DNA of 64,000 nt from Nitrospirota bacterium (GCA_016208965.1 JACQXB010000037.1:110-64109), one strand, 5' to 3'. Positions 34,810-44,091 are shown, counted from the stretch's first letter. Numbers and translations are program-made. The notes: generated by a model not told the origin, from the letters alone.

Positions 34810-36647
34810 TGCAGCTTACAGAGAATGCAATTAGAGTTTTAAAGACCCGTTATCTCCTTAAAGATGAACAGGGCAACATCATAGAGACTCCGGAGGAGCT
34901 TTTCAGAAGGGTTGCAAGAACTGCTTCAGAGCCCGAAGTGCTTTATGGCGGAAACCCTCGTGAATGGGAGGAGAGATTCTATGAGCTCATGAACAATCTC
35001 CTTTTCCTTCCGAACACTCCTATGCTGATAAATGCTGGCAAGGAAATCGGACAGCTTGCTGCATGCTTTGTCCTTCCTGTGGATGATTCAATGAAAAGTA
35101 TTTTTGATTCACTGAAAAATGCCGCATTGATTCTCCAGAGCGGGGGAGGCACAGGCTTTTCCTTTTCAAGGTTAAGACCAAGGGCCGACCTTGTAAAATC
35201 AACAGGGGGGATAGCAAGTGGGCCTGTATCATTCATGAGGATATATAACACTGCAACAGAGGTCATTAAACAGGGAGGGGCAAGAAGGGGTGCAAATATG
35301 GGCATCCTGAGGATTGACCATCCTGACATAATTGAATTCATAAAGATCAAGAGAGATGAGAAGGAATTGACAAATTTCAATATCTCTGTTGCAGTAACAG
35401 ATGCCTTTATGGAGGCACTGAAGAAGAACACTGAGTATGACCTGATAAATCCCAGAAACAACCGTGTAACAGGACAACTCAATGCCCGTGATGTATTTAA
35501 AGAAATAGTTGAAAGCGCATGGGAAACAGGCGATCCAGGGCTTATATTCATTGACAGGATTAACAGAGACAACCCAACGCCCCATATCGGAGAGATAGAA
35601 AGCACAAACCCCTGCGGAGAACAACCACTTCTTTCTTTTGAGGCATGTGTTCTTGGGTCAATTAATTTATCGAGGATGGTGAAGCCTGATACAAGATTCA
35701 AGATTCAAGATTCAAGTAAAAAAAACGAACCCTCACTCAGTGCACAGAACACAGAGCACAGAACACAGATTAATCCCCCCTCACCCCCCTTTGCTAAAGG
35801 GGGGATGGGGGGATTTTCATACGAGATTGATTGGGAGCTTTTAGCTTCTGTTGTAAAGATTTCCGTTCGGTTTCTTGATAATGTCATAGATGCAAATAAC
35901 TACCCTGTGCCTGAGATAGAGAAGATGCATAAAGGGAATAGAAAAATCGGGCTTGGTGTTATGGGATGGGCTGATATACTTATAAAATTGGGCATCAGGT
36001 ATAACTCAAAAAAGGCATTTAACCTTGCCCGTCAGGCAATGAAATTCATAAGGGATAACGCAAGAGAAGCTTCCTTAGGGCTTGCGAGGGAACGTGGAAC
36101 ATTCCCGAATTTCAAGGGTTCTATTTATGACACACCTGAGTTTAATGCAAAAGGCGGACTACGGAATGCAACCACAACAACCATTGCACCAACAGGAACA
36201 CTCTCCATAATCGCAGGCTGTTCAAGTGGCATAGAGCCAATTTTTGCAATAGCTTACAAGAGACGTGTAATTGATACAACGCTTTATGAGATACATCCTT
36301 ATTTCTTAGAGGTTGCAAAAAACATGGGATTCTATAGTGCTGAACTTATTGAAAAAGTCTCTAAAAAAGGCTCATTAATAGGATTCAAAGAAGTCCCTTT
36401 AGACGTAAGAAGGCTATTTATAACTGCCCATGGGGTACCATTTAAAGACCACATAGAGGTTCAGTCAGCATTTCAGGAATTTACAGATAACGCAGTCTCA
36501 AAGACTATAAACCTAAAGCAGAGGACTACGAGAGATGATGTTGCAAAGGCATTCGTACTTGCCTATGAAAAAGGATGTAAGGGGATTACTGTTTTTAGAT
36601 ATGGCTCCAAGAGGGGTCCGTTGATAAAGTTTGAAGAAGGAGACTAA
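34806..36647 (+). CDS. nrdJ: Adenosylcobalamin-dependent (class II) ribonucleotide reductase, with a ~43-aa in-frame repeat-derived insertion
   Basis: VLKTRYL, LPNTPMLINAG, ACFVLPV, GGGTGFSFSRLRP, STNPCGEQPL, TIAPTGTLS, KTINL. Insertion at 35688-35818. Confidence 0.9.
   Translation: MMQLTENAIRVLKTRYLLKDEQGNIIETPEELFRRVARTASEPEVLYGGNPREWEERFYELMNNLLFLPNTPMLINAGKEIGQLAACFVLPVDDSMKSIFDSLKNAALILQSGGGTGFSFSRLRPRADLVKSTGGIASGPVSFMRIYNTATEVIKQGGARRGANMGILRIDHPDIIEFIKIKRDEKELTNFNISVAVTDAFMEALKKNTEYDLINPRNNRVTGQLNARDVFKEIVESAWETGDPGLIFIDRINRDNPTPHIGEIESTNPCGEQPLLSFEACVLGSINLSRMVKPDTRFKIQDSSKKNEPSLSAQNTEHRTQINPPSPPFAKGGMGGFSYEIDWELLASVVKISVRFLDNVIDANNYPVPEIEKMHKGNRKIGLGVMGWADILIKLGIRYNSKKAFNLARQAMKFIRDNAREASLGLARERGTFPNFKGSIYDTPEFNAKGGLRNATTTTIAPTGTLSIIAGCSSGIEPIFAIAYKRRVIDTTLYEIHPYFLEVAKNMGFYSAELIEKVSKKGSLIGFKEVPLDVRRLFITAHGVPFKDHIEVQSAFQEFTDNAVSKTINLKQRTTRDDVAKAFVLAYEKGCKGITVFRYGSKRGPLIKFEEGD
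35692..35815. repeat. Composite repeat inside nrdJ: (ATTCAAG)x3, (CACAGAR)x4, PPFxKGG palindrome
   Basis: caagattcaagattcaagattcaag (35692-35716); cacagaacacagagcacagaacacag (35743-35768); aatcccccctcacccccctttgctaaaggggggatggggggatt (35772-35815). Confidence 0.85.
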
Positions 36648-36665
36648 AAAAGCACCACTTATTCT

Positions 36666-37151
36666 CTACTTTCTACTGAATTTCTCTCTCAGCGCCTTTT
36701 CCACCACATCAGGCACAAAACCTTTAACACTTCCACCAAAAGACGCCACCTCCTTAACCATTGTGGAACTAAGAAATGTATATTCTTCAGAGGGCATCAT
36801 AAATACTGCCTCAATATTTGTATCAAGATGCCTATTCATTAAAGCCATCTGAAGTTCATATTCAAAATCCGATATAGCCCTGAGCCCCCGCACAATTGCA
36901 ACGCCTTTTTCCTTCTTAACATAATCAACAAGAAGACCATCAAAGGACTCTACCTTTGCCCCTTTAAGGTTTTTAATAGATTGCTTTATTAATTGAATCC
37001 TTTCATCAAGTGTAAAGAGCGGCTGTTTCCTCGGGGTTGGTGCAACAGCAATTATTACTTCATCAAATATCTTAAGTGTTCTTTGGATTAGATCAATATG
37101 CCCGTTAGTAATAGGGTCAAAGGTGCCTGGATATATAGCTATTTTACTCAT
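36666..37151 (-). CDS. coaD: Phosphopantetheine adenylyltransferase
   Basis: AIYPGTFDPITNGHIDLI, RGLRAISDFEYE. Confidence 0.95.
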   Translation of the reverse strand: MSKIAIYPGTFDPITNGHIDLIQRTLKIFDEVIIAVAPTPRKQPLFTLDERIQLIKQSIKNLKGAKVESFDGLLVDYVKKEKGVAIVRGLRAISDFEYELQMALMNRHLDTNIEAVFMMPSEEYTFLSSTMVKEVASFGGSVKGFVPDVVEKALREKFSRK

Positions 37152-37162
37152 TATTTACCCCG

Positions 37163-37732
37163 TTAGAAATAATGCCCCGCTGGAATTTCTAATGGGGTTT
37201 CCTCCATGAATAAACTAAGCACGGTATCGCCATATTTATAATCTTTTATAAACCTAAGTCTACCAAATTCGTGTGGTAGTTGTCTTTTAGTAAAATGCTC
37301 AGCAATTACGAGACCGTCATCTTTAAGCAGGTGCAATTTACCAATCATACTTAAGGCATAATTTATCTCATCTGTATGATATGGTGGATCCAGAAATATT
37401 ATATCAAACTGCCTCTCTTCTGATTCTATACTTCTAAGAAATGAAAGGACTTTTTTTGAAATAATCTTTGATTTCTTCTCAAAACCGAGGCTTTTAATTT
37501 TTTGTTTTATGTTTTCAGTATAATTCTTACTTGCCTCAACAAACACAACCGCATTAGCCCCATGCCTTAGCGCCTCAATCCCGATAGCGCCTGTGCCTGC
37601 ATAAAGGTCAAAAAAAATGGCTCCTTCTATCCTATCTCGCAGGATATTAAAAAGTGCCTCTCTAACTTTTGATGTAGTTGGTCTAAGAGGCTTATATGTC
37701 TTGAATATTTTCCCCATTTCTATTTTTATCAT
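37163..37732 (-). CDS. rsmD: 16S rRNA (guanine966-N2)-methyltransferase RsmD
   Basis: RPTTSKVREALFNIL, DLYAGTGAIGIEALRHGA, IIFLDPPY. Confidence 0.9.
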   Translation of the reverse strand: MIKIEMGKIFKTYKPLRPTTSKVREALFNILRDRIEGAIFFDLYAGTGAIGIEALRHGANAVVFVEASKNYTENIKQKIKSLGFEKKSKIISKKVLSFLRSIESEERQFDIIFLDPPYHTDEINYALSMIGKLHLLKDDGLVIAEHFTKRQLPHEFGRLRFIKDYKYGDTVLSLFMEETPLEIPAGHYF

Positions 37733-37824
37733 ACCACTTTACCCCGTTAGAAAGAAGGCCCCCACCTATCACCACCCCATTCAAAAGGTTTACAAAACAA
37801 TCCCTAACTGGTAATATTTTAAAG

Positions 37825-37936
37825 GCAGTGAACAGTGAATAGTAAAAGATTATAAATAATTTTGGCTAAATACTATCTACTAATGACTATTCACTGTCTT
37901 TGTTACTATTCACTATTAACTGTTCATTGATAACTG
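37825..37936. repeat. Inverted AGTGAAC/AGTGAAT word arrays upstream of tRNA-Ser(GCU)
   Basis: cagtgaacagtgaatagta ... tactattcactattaactgttcattg, separated by ~60 nt. Confidence 0.6.
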
Positions 37937-37944
37937 TCGTTAAT

Positions 37945-38037
37945 GGAGAGGTGGCCGAGCTGGTCGAAGGCAGCCGCCTGCTAAGCGGTTGTGGGGGTAA
38001 AACTTCACCCAGGGTTCGAATCCCTGCCTCTCCGCCA
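37945..38037 (+). tRNA. tRNA-Ser (anticodon GCU), long variable arm, CCA encoded
   Basis: GGAGAGG acceptor, anticodon arm GCCGC-CTGCTAA-GCGGT, T-arm CAGGG-TTCGAAT-CCCTG. Confidence 0.93.
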
Positions 38038-38061
38038 TATACCATACGGTATATGGCTCCG

Positions 38062-38134
38062 CCAGTTAAAAGACAGTGAAGAGTGAAGAGTTAAAAGTTT
38101 TTATTCCTTAACTCTTAACTCATAACTTATAATT
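38062..38134. terminator. Hairpin of AGTTAAA/GAAGAGT words downstream of tRNA-Ser(GCU)
   Basis: cagttaaaagacagtgaagagtgaagagttaaaag ttttta ttccttaactcttaactcataactt. Confidence 0.5.
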
Positions 38135-38162
38135 CTAAAATATAAAATTCAGGAGGAGAGAA

Positions 38163-38714
38163 ATGAAAAGATTTTTGAAAGTATCATCGGTTGTAATAGT
38201 AATATTGTTATCAATTGCGGCTTGCAAGAAAAAGGAGGAACAACCAATTCCCAAGGCACCCATGAGGTCAGGTCCGATAATGGAAGCCCCTGCTGTAGCA
38301 CCCGGGCATGAGACAACGGGTACAAAGGTCACATTTCAGATAGTTGTACCTCAGGATGTAAAAGATACATGGTCTGCTGTTAAGTTAATAGTAGAGGACA
38401 AAAAATTAAACAAAACACAGGAATTTATTGTCAATCTCGGTAGTGAGCTAAGGATTCCTGATTCAAACTTAAGGATTAAGATAGGTAATTTTCTTCCGGA
38501 TTTTAGAATGGACGGGCAAATTATCACTTCAGTATCTAATATGCCGAATAATCCATCTGTTGGGGTAGTAATTTATGAAGATGGCAAACAGATATTTCCG
38601 GAGATGGGAAAAGAGTGGGGATGGTTATGGGCCCGCAAGGAACTTCAGGCTATGCACCCTTTCATGCACCCGAAATATGGAATAACACTTAAAGAAGGGG
38701 TTTCAAAGAAATAA
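38163..38714 (+). CDS. Putative lipoprotein, unknown function
   Basis: Lipobox-like LLSIAAC at residues 15-21. 183 aa, no recognised domain. Confidence 0.6.
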   Translation: MKRFLKVSSVVIVILLSIAACKKKEEQPIPKAPMRSGPIMEAPAVAPGHETTGTKVTFQIVVPQDVKDTWSAVKLIVEDKKLNKTQEFIVNLGSELRIPDSNLRIKIGNFLPDFRMDGQIITSVSNMPNNPSVGVVIYEDGKQIFPEMGKEWGWLWARKELQAMHPFMHPKYGITLKEGVSKK

Positions 38715-38789
38715 AACCATTAATGGGTCTACGGGATAAAGGCTTTTTCAGGATGGCTAACAAACATTGTCACATTTTTTATAAAAAAT

Positions 38790-38866
38790 GCGCCCATAGC
38801 TCAAATGGATAGAGCGCCGGACTACGAATCCGTAGGTTGGGGGTTCGACTCCCTCTGGGCGCGCCA
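38790..38866 (+). tRNA. tRNA-Arg (anticodon ACG), CCA encoded
   Basis: GCGCCCA acceptor, anticodon arm CCGGA-CTACGAA-TCCGT, T-arm GGGGG-TTCGACT-CCCTC. Confidence 0.93.
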
Positions 38867-38895
38867 CATTAGTTCATAGTTCATAGTTTTTAGTT

Positions 38896-39372
38896 ATGAC
38901 AATGGATGAATACTTCATGCGACTTGCCCTCGGAGAGGCAGAAGCATCCTTTAAAGAAGGTGAGGTGCCTGTGGGCGCAGTCCTTGTAAAAGATAATGTT
39001 GTTATAGCCGCTGCTCATAATATGCGAGAGGCAAAGAACGACCCAGCCGCACACGCAGAGTTGATAGCACTCCAAGAAGGTGCTTCTAAAATAAAGAGTT
39101 GGCGGTTAATAGATGCGACACTTTATGTAACAAAAGAGCCTTGCCCAATGTGTGCAGGTGCAATGGTAAATGCAAGGCTCAAGAGACTTGTTTATGGCTG
39201 CAAGGATAAAAAAGGAGGAGCGGTCGATAGTCTCTACAACCTTCTGTCAGATAAGAGACTTAACCATCAGGTTGAAGTTATATCAGGAATTTTAGAGAGT
39301 GAATGTGCAGAGATATTGAAGAGGTTTTTTGAGACGCGAAGGAATAGCTTGGAGAGATGCCAGAGTGGTTGA
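38896..39372 (+). CDS. tadA: tRNA adenosine(34) deaminase TadA
   Basis: HAELIAL (HAE) and PCPMCAGA (PCxxC) zinc motifs. The 3' end overlaps tRNA-Ser(CGA) by 22 nt. Confidence 0.92.
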   Translation: MTMDEYFMRLALGEAEASFKEGEVPVGAVLVKDNVVIAAAHNMREAKNDPAAHAELIALQEGASKIKSWRLIDATLYVTKEPCPMCAGAMVNARLKRLVYGCKDKKGGAVDSLYNLLSDKRLNHQVEVISGILESECAEILKRFFETRRNSLERCQSG

Positions 39373-39435
39373 ATGGGGCGGTCTCGAAAATCGCTGTGCC
39401 GAAAGGTACCGTAGGTTCGAATCCTACTCTCTCCG
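39351..39435 (+). tRNA. tRNA-Ser (anticodon CGA), no encoded CCA
   Basis: GGAGAGA/TCTCTCC acceptor, anticodon arm GCGGT-CTCGAAA-ATCGC, variable arm GTGCC-GAAA-GGTAC, T-arm GTAGG-TTCGAAT-CCTAC. Confidence 0.9.
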
Positions 39436-39440
39436 TTAAT

Positions 39441-39533
<93 letters not shown>

Positions 39534-39539
39534 AAAAAA

Positions 39540-39637
39540 CAGTTAAAAGTTGAAAGTTATAAGTTTAAAGTTGTAAGGTAAGAAGTGTCGTAAATGTTTT
39601 TCATTTTTCCCTTTTCACTTTTAACTTTAAACTTTTG
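39540..39637. repeat. Long imperfect hairpin of AAGTNNN words between tRNA-Ser(GGA) and ffs
   Basis: agttaaaagttgaaagttataagtttaaagttgtaagg ... cccttttcacttttaactttaaactttt. Confidence 0.7.
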
Positions 39638-39643
39638 GAATAC

Positions 39644-39753
39644 GTCAGGCTCTTGGGCCCTGTGCGACAGGATGCTGTGAAATCCACCAGGTTCGGAAGA
39701 AAGCAACGGTAAGCAGTTCACCTGGGTGCCTCAGGAACACCTGAGGGCCTGAC
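39644..39753 (+). ncRNA. ffs: Signal recognition particle RNA (small bacterial 4.5S type)
   Basis: Closing helix gtcaggc...gcctgac. Conserved domain IV core caccaggttcGGAAgaaagcaacggtaagcag (compare E. coli ACCAGGUCCGGAAGGAAGCAGC). Position upstream of dnaX matches Bacillus. Confidence 0.8.
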
Positions 39754-39756
39754 TTT

Positions 39757-39859
39757 AAAAAAATGTAAAATGCAAAAATCAAAATGCAAAATTATGGAAG
39801 AAAAAATTTTAAAAAATAAACTCATTAATTTTTCATTTTTCATTTTTCATTTTGAATTT
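39757..39859. repeat. Imperfect hairpin of AAAATGC/AAAATGA words upstream of dnaX
   Basis: aaatgtaaaatgcaaaaatcaaaatgcaaaatt ... aatttttcatttttcatttttcattttgaattt. Confidence 0.7.
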
Positions 39860-39864
39860 ATCAT

Positions 39865-41499
39865 ATGAGTTACCTTGTTCTTGCAAGAAAGTGGAGACCT
39901 CAATTTTTTGACGAGTTGATCGGACAGGAGGCTGTTGTTCGCATCCTCAGAAATGCCATCATAAGCGAAAAGGTTGTGCATGCATATCTGTTCTCGGGTC
40001 CAAAGGGTGTAGGGAAAACATCGGCTGCAAGGATTCTGGCAAAGGCGCTTAATTGTTCTAAGGGACCTACTTACGAGCCCTGTGGTGAGTGCCCAAATTG
40101 CAGGTCAATAACCGATGGCTCCTCAATAGATGTCCTTGAGATTGATGGTGCATCTAATAATAAAGTTGAGGATATAAGAGACCTGATAGAGGTTGTAAAA
40201 TATGCACCCTCAACATGCAAATATAAGATATACATTATTGATGAAGTCCATATGTTAACTAAAGAGGCATTTAATGCACTGTTAAAAACCCTGGAGGAGC
40301 CCCCTTCGCATGTCATATTTGTCTTTGCTACAACCGAACCCAAAAAATTACCTGCTACAATCCTATCGCGCTGTCAGCATCATGCCTTCCGAAAGATTCC
40401 AAAAATCAGGTTAAAAGAGCGCCTTCTAAAGATCTCACGGACTGAAAATATAAATATAAAAGACACCGCTTTAGAGATGATAGCAAGGTCTGCTGATGGA
40501 AGCATGAGGGATGCACTAACCATACTTGATCAGGCATCTTCCTTTAGTGATAATATCAGTGAAAGTGACCTGCAGACACTTCTCGGCTTACCCGAGGCAG
40601 ACATAATATTAAACTTATCAGAGGCAATCTTAGAGGGGGATATATCTAAAGACCTTTTCATAATAAAAGACATTGTTGAGAGAGGTTATGATCTTAGGCC
40701 AATGGTTAAGGAACTTGTAGAGCATTTTAGAAATCTGGCTGTTGTAAAAATTGCCAATGACCCTAAAGAGCTTCTTGAATTCACAGAATCTGAGATAAAG
40801 AATCTCCGTCAGCAGGCATCAAAGGTAAGTATAGAAGAGCTCTCTGTTCTTATAACCCAACTCCTTAAGCTTGAGACTGAAGTAAGGACAGCCTCAAATC
40901 CAAGATATGCTTTTGAACTTGGTCTTTTACGCACATCCTTTGTTAAGGGAATGACCTCTATTAGCAGCATTTTAGAGAGAATAGGAAATCTTGAGCATGG
41001 GAATTCTCCTCGGGATACCAAAAGCCCACAACCACCAGCTCAACCGACAATCAAACAATCTGAACCTCTCATGACAGAGAGCATCAAATCTCTCCCTGAT
41101 GTAACGGACAAATTCCAAGTAGATGCTGCACAGGAATTATGGCAGAAGGTCATTGAAAAACTTAAACCCGAACACAATCTTCTAACATGCAAACTTGGAG
41201 AGGCACATATAGAAGGCTTTACAAAAACAGACCTTACAATAGGTTTTAACGGGGGTATGTCTGTACTTGCAGATTCTGTCAAAAAAAATTCACATGTAAT
41301 TGAAGACACACTGAAAGAAATCATAGGACAGAAGATAAAACTAAAAGTTGTAACATTACCAAATAAAAATGCAGGGAAAGGACTCAATGAAGTAAAAGAG
41401 TCTATCCTTTCTGACCCTACTGTTAAAAGCGCCCTTGAACTCTTTAATGGTAAGATATTAGAAATTAAACCACTTAAAAGCACAAATGAACACGGTTAA
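39865..41499 (+). CDS. dnaX: DNA polymerase III subunit gamma/tau
   Basis: LARKWRPQFFDELIGQ, GPKGVGKTS, zinc module CGECPNC, IIDEVHML, SRCQ. Confidence 0.95.
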   Translation: MSYLVLARKWRPQFFDELIGQEAVVRILRNAIISEKVVHAYLFSGPKGVGKTSAARILAKALNCSKGPTYEPCGECPNCRSITDGSSIDVLEIDGASNNKVEDIRDLIEVVKYAPSTCKYKIYIIDEVHMLTKEAFNALLKTLEEPPSHVIFVFATTEPKKLPATILSRCQHHAFRKIPKIRLKERLLKISRTENINIKDTALEMIARSADGSMRDALTILDQASSFSDNISESDLQTLLGLPEADIILNLSEAILEGDISKDLFIIKDIVERGYDLRPMVKELVEHFRNLAVVKIANDPKELLEFTESEIKNLRQQASKVSIEELSVLITQLLKLETEVRTASNPRYAFELGLLRTSFVKGMTSISSILERIGNLEHGNSPRDTKSPQPPAQPTIKQSEPLMTESIKSLPDVTDKFQVDAAQELWQKVIEKLKPEHNLLTCKLGEAHIEGFTKTDLTIGFNGGMSVLADSVKKNSHVIEDTLKEIIGQKIKLKVVTLPNKNAGKGLNEVKESILSDPTVKSALELFNGKILEIKPLKSTNEHG

Positions 41500-41636
41500 A
41501 TTCGAAATGCGAAGCACGAAATACGAAACAATTTTAAAATTCTAAATTCAAATTCTTAAAACTTGTTTATTGTTTTGAATTTTGAGTTTTGGTTATTAGG
41601 ATTTGTTTAGAATTTCGAATTTCGATATTCGTATTT
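41499..41636. repeat. ~140-nt imperfect hairpin of TTCGAAAT and TTCAAAT words between dnaX and ybaB
   Basis: attcgaaatgcgaagcacgaaatacgaaac..ttctaaattcaaattcttaaaac ... gttttgaattttgagttttgg..tagaatttcgaatttcgatattcgtattt. Confidence 0.75.
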
Positions 41637-41653
41637 ATTGAAGAGGAGGATAT

Positions 41654-41986
41654 ATGTCTAAAAAAATGTTTGGAGACATCATGAAGCAGGCACAAAAACT
41701 TCAGCAAGAGATGGGGCGTATTCAGGAAGAATCAAAAAAGAAGACTGTTGAGGCATCTGCTGGCGGCGGTATGGTCACTGTTACTGCAAATGGGGCAATG
41801 GAAATAGTTTCTATTAAGATAGAGCGTGAGGTGGTAATTACTGATGATATTGAGATGCTTCAGGACCTTATCGTTGCAGCAGTCAATGAGGCACTAAGAA
41901 GGGCACAGCAGATGGTATCCGAAGACATGAGCAAACTCACAGGGGGGCTTCAGCTCCCGGGTCTTGGAGGGCTTTTGGGTCAATGA
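41654..41986 (+). CDS. ybaB: YbaB/EbfC family nucleoid-associated protein
   Basis: 110 aa. MKQAQKLQQEM...ASAGGGMVTVTANG...DDIEMLQDLIVAAVNEAL. Confidence 0.92.
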   Translation: MSKKMFGDIMKQAQKLQQEMGRIQEESKKKTVEASAGGGMVTVTANGAMEIVSIKIEREVVITDDIEMLQDLIVAAVNEALRRAQQMVSEDMSKLTGGLQLPGLGGLLGQ

Positions 41987-42576
41987 ACAACGGGATTGTA
42001 GAGAACCTCATAAATGAACTTTCAAAGCTTCCCGGCATCGGGAGAAGGACAGCACAACGGCTGTCTTTTTTTATAATGGGTATGTCCAAAGACGATGCAC
42101 ATGCCATAGCCCATGCCATCATTGAAATAAAAGAAAAAGCCCGCTTCTGCGAACAGTGCTTTAATATTACAGAAGAAGAAATCTGCTTTATATGTAGAAA
42201 CCCTTTAAGGGATAAAAGCAAGATATGCGTTGTTGAAGAACCGAGCAATCTAATAGTCATAGAAAGGACAAAGGCATATAAAGGGCTCTATCATGTGCTC
42301 CTCGGGGCACTTTCACCAATAGACGGAGTCACCCCAGAAAAATTAAAAATCACTGAATTAGTAAGCAGGATAAAAAACGGGAACTTTACAGAGGTTATTA
42401 TAGCCACAAATCCTAATACAAAGGGTGAAACCACTTCGCAATATCTATCACAGGTTTTAAAGCCCCAGGGTGTAAAAGTAACCCGTATTGCCTATGGTCT
42501 TCCCATAGGCGGGGACATTGAATTTGCAGATGAGGTAACCCTTTCAAAAGCCATTGAAGGAAGAAAAGAGCTGTAA
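41983..42576 (+). CDS. recR: Recombination protein RecR
   Basis: LINELSKLPGIGRRTAQRL, zinc finger CEQC...CFIC, Toprim VVEEPSNL...YGLPIGGDIEFAD. Confidence 0.95.
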   Translation: MNNGIVENLINELSKLPGIGRRTAQRLSFFIMGMSKDDAHAIAHAIIEIKEKARFCEQCFNITEEEICFICRNPLRDKSKICVVEEPSNLIVIERTKAYKGLYHVLLGALSPIDGVTPEKLKITELVSRIKNGNFTEVIIATNPNTKGETTSQYLSQVLKPQGVKVTRIAYGLPIGGDIEFADEVTLSKAIEGRKEL

Positions 42577-43696
42577 TTCCTTGACCCCCCTACTTCACAA
42601 AAGAAATCTGACCATACTCCATACAGAGTCCTCTGAAGGTTGGGGAGGGCAGGAAATAAGGATACTCCATGAATCCCTTGGAATGATTAAAAGAGGGCAC
42701 AGGGTAATTATTTCTGCGCCTGTGCAAAGCAATATCTTCAAGAGGGCAAGGGAATCAGGTATCAACACCATTTCTGCAAACTTTCAAAGAAATAATCCGT
42801 TTTCTATAAGCAAGATGTTATCCATAATTCGCAGGGAAAAACCCGATGTTGTCAACACTCACAGCTCATCTGACAGTTGGGTTACAAGCATTGCTGCAAG
42901 GCTCTCAAGTGTAAAGCCAAAGATAGTAAGAACACGACACCTCTCAACGTCAATAAGCAGAGCTATGCTTAGCAGGTTAATATATAACATATTACCTCAC
43001 GCAATAATAACAACTGGGGAGAAGATAAGACAGGGGATGATAAATGACAATGGATTTAATGCTGCTCAGATTTTCTCCATACCTACAGGAGTGGATTTGG
43101 AACGATTCAATCCATTAAATGTTAGACCTGCCTTTCAGACAGAGGGCTTTTCAATAGGGATGATTGGGGTTCTAAGGAGTTGGAAGGGACACAGATATTT
43201 CATAGAGGCAATACCTGATATATTGAAACATATCCCTGATGCCATATTTTACATTGTTGGGGATGGACCACAGCGTGAAAATATCAAAAATCTTATAAAT
43301 GGATTATCTCTTGGAGAAAAAGTCTTTATGCTCGGGCATAGAGAAAATATACCAGAGGTTTTAGCCTCCCTTGATGTGGTTGTTCAGCCGTCATACGCAA
43401 ATGAAGGCGTGCCTCAATCCATCCTTCAGGCACTGGCAATGGAAAAGCCCGTGGTAGCATCTGATGCAGGAGCTATAAGAGAAGTAATTATTGATAGAGA
43501 AACAGGGCTCCTCATTAAATCTAAAAACCCCTCGCAACTTGCAGAAAAGGTCATTGAACTTTATAAAAACCCGGGTTTGATGGTAAAATTAGCCATGAAT
43601 GGAAAGACATTGGTTGAAAAGGAATATCCTTTACAAAAAATGTTAGACAAAGTAGAGACGCTATATTATATCATTTTGAACCGACATAACACATGA
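42554..43696 (+). CDS. Glycosyltransferase family 4
   Basis: ILHTESSEGWGGQE N-terminus; C-terminal EGVPQSILQALAMEKPVVASDAGAIREVI (ExxxxxxxE region). The true start is probably downstream of 42554. Confidence 0.85.
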   Translation: MKEEKSCNSLTPLLHKRNLTILHTESSEGWGGQEIRILHESLGMIKRGHRVIISAPVQSNIFKRARESGINTISANFQRNNPFSISKMLSIIRREKPDVVNTHSSSDSWVTSIAARLSSVKPKIVRTRHLSTSISRAMLSRLIYNILPHAIITTGEKIRQGMINDNGFNAAQIFSIPTGVDLERFNPLNVRPAFQTEGFSIGMIGVLRSWKGHRYFIEAIPDILKHIPDAIFYIVGDGPQRENIKNLINGLSLGEKVFMLGHRENIPEVLASLDVVVQPSYANEGVPQSILQALAMEKPVVASDAGAIREVIIDRETGLLIKSKNPSQLAEKVIELYKNPGLMVKLAMNGKTLVEKEYPLQKMLDKVETLYYIILNRHNT

Positions 43697-44091
43697 CCAT
43701 AGTAAAAGATATAAAAGAATCACTCACTCCAATATTTGAAAAATATAGAGGTCTTGTTGTGTTTGCCTATCTATTTGGTTCAGCAGCACTTAAGGAAACA
43801 ACTCCCTTAAGTGACATAGATATAGCGGTTTATTTTGGAGATGTTAAAGAAAGGGCATTGTTTGATCTTAAGTTTTCTTTTCAGGCTGATGTTTGCAGGG
43901 CACTGAAGAGGAGTGACGTGGATGTCCTCGTATTGAATACTGCAAGGAACATTGTGGTGCTTGATGAAATAATCAGAAAAGGTATACTACTGTTTGATGA
44001 AGATAAAGGCCTAAGGGAAGATTTTGAACTAACCGTCCTTCACCGCACAATAGATTTTAAAACGCAGAGACTTGCTATTATAGGAGTTTAA
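43693..44091 (+). CDS. MNT-type nucleotidyltransferase antitoxin (MntA)
   Basis: LFGSAALKETTPLSDIDIAV; 4-nt overlaps with both neighbours. Confidence 0.85.
   Translation: MTIVKDIKESLTPIFEKYRGLVVFAYLFGSAALKETTPLSDIDIAVYFGDVKERALFDLKFSFQADVCRALKRSDVDVLVLNTARNIVVLDEIIRKGILLFDEDKGLREDFELTVLHRTIDFKTQRLAIIGV

Noticed and set aside
34173-35701. Long antisense ORFs inside argB/nrdJ (34173-34778, 34979-35701); similar ones at 13087-13485, 47345-47890, 49327-49941, 50764-51231 and 51939-52658
   Set aside because: They lie opposite genes with strong motif support. Their products are low-complexity or Ser/Leu-rich translations without motifs. These are typical shadow ORFs.
35688-35818. Intein in the class II RNR
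   Set aside because: The insertion is only ~43 aa. It lacks intein blocks (no Cys/Ser/Thr at the N-junction, no HN-Cys/Ser/Thr at the C-junction). It is composed entirely of repeat families seen elsewhere in the window.
41275-41292. dnaX programmed frameshift at an A-run (gtcaaaaaaaattc)
   Set aside because: The run lies around codon 470 of 544, far downstream of where gamma/tau frameshift sites occur. No downstream stem-loop or nearby out-of-frame stop pattern was evident.
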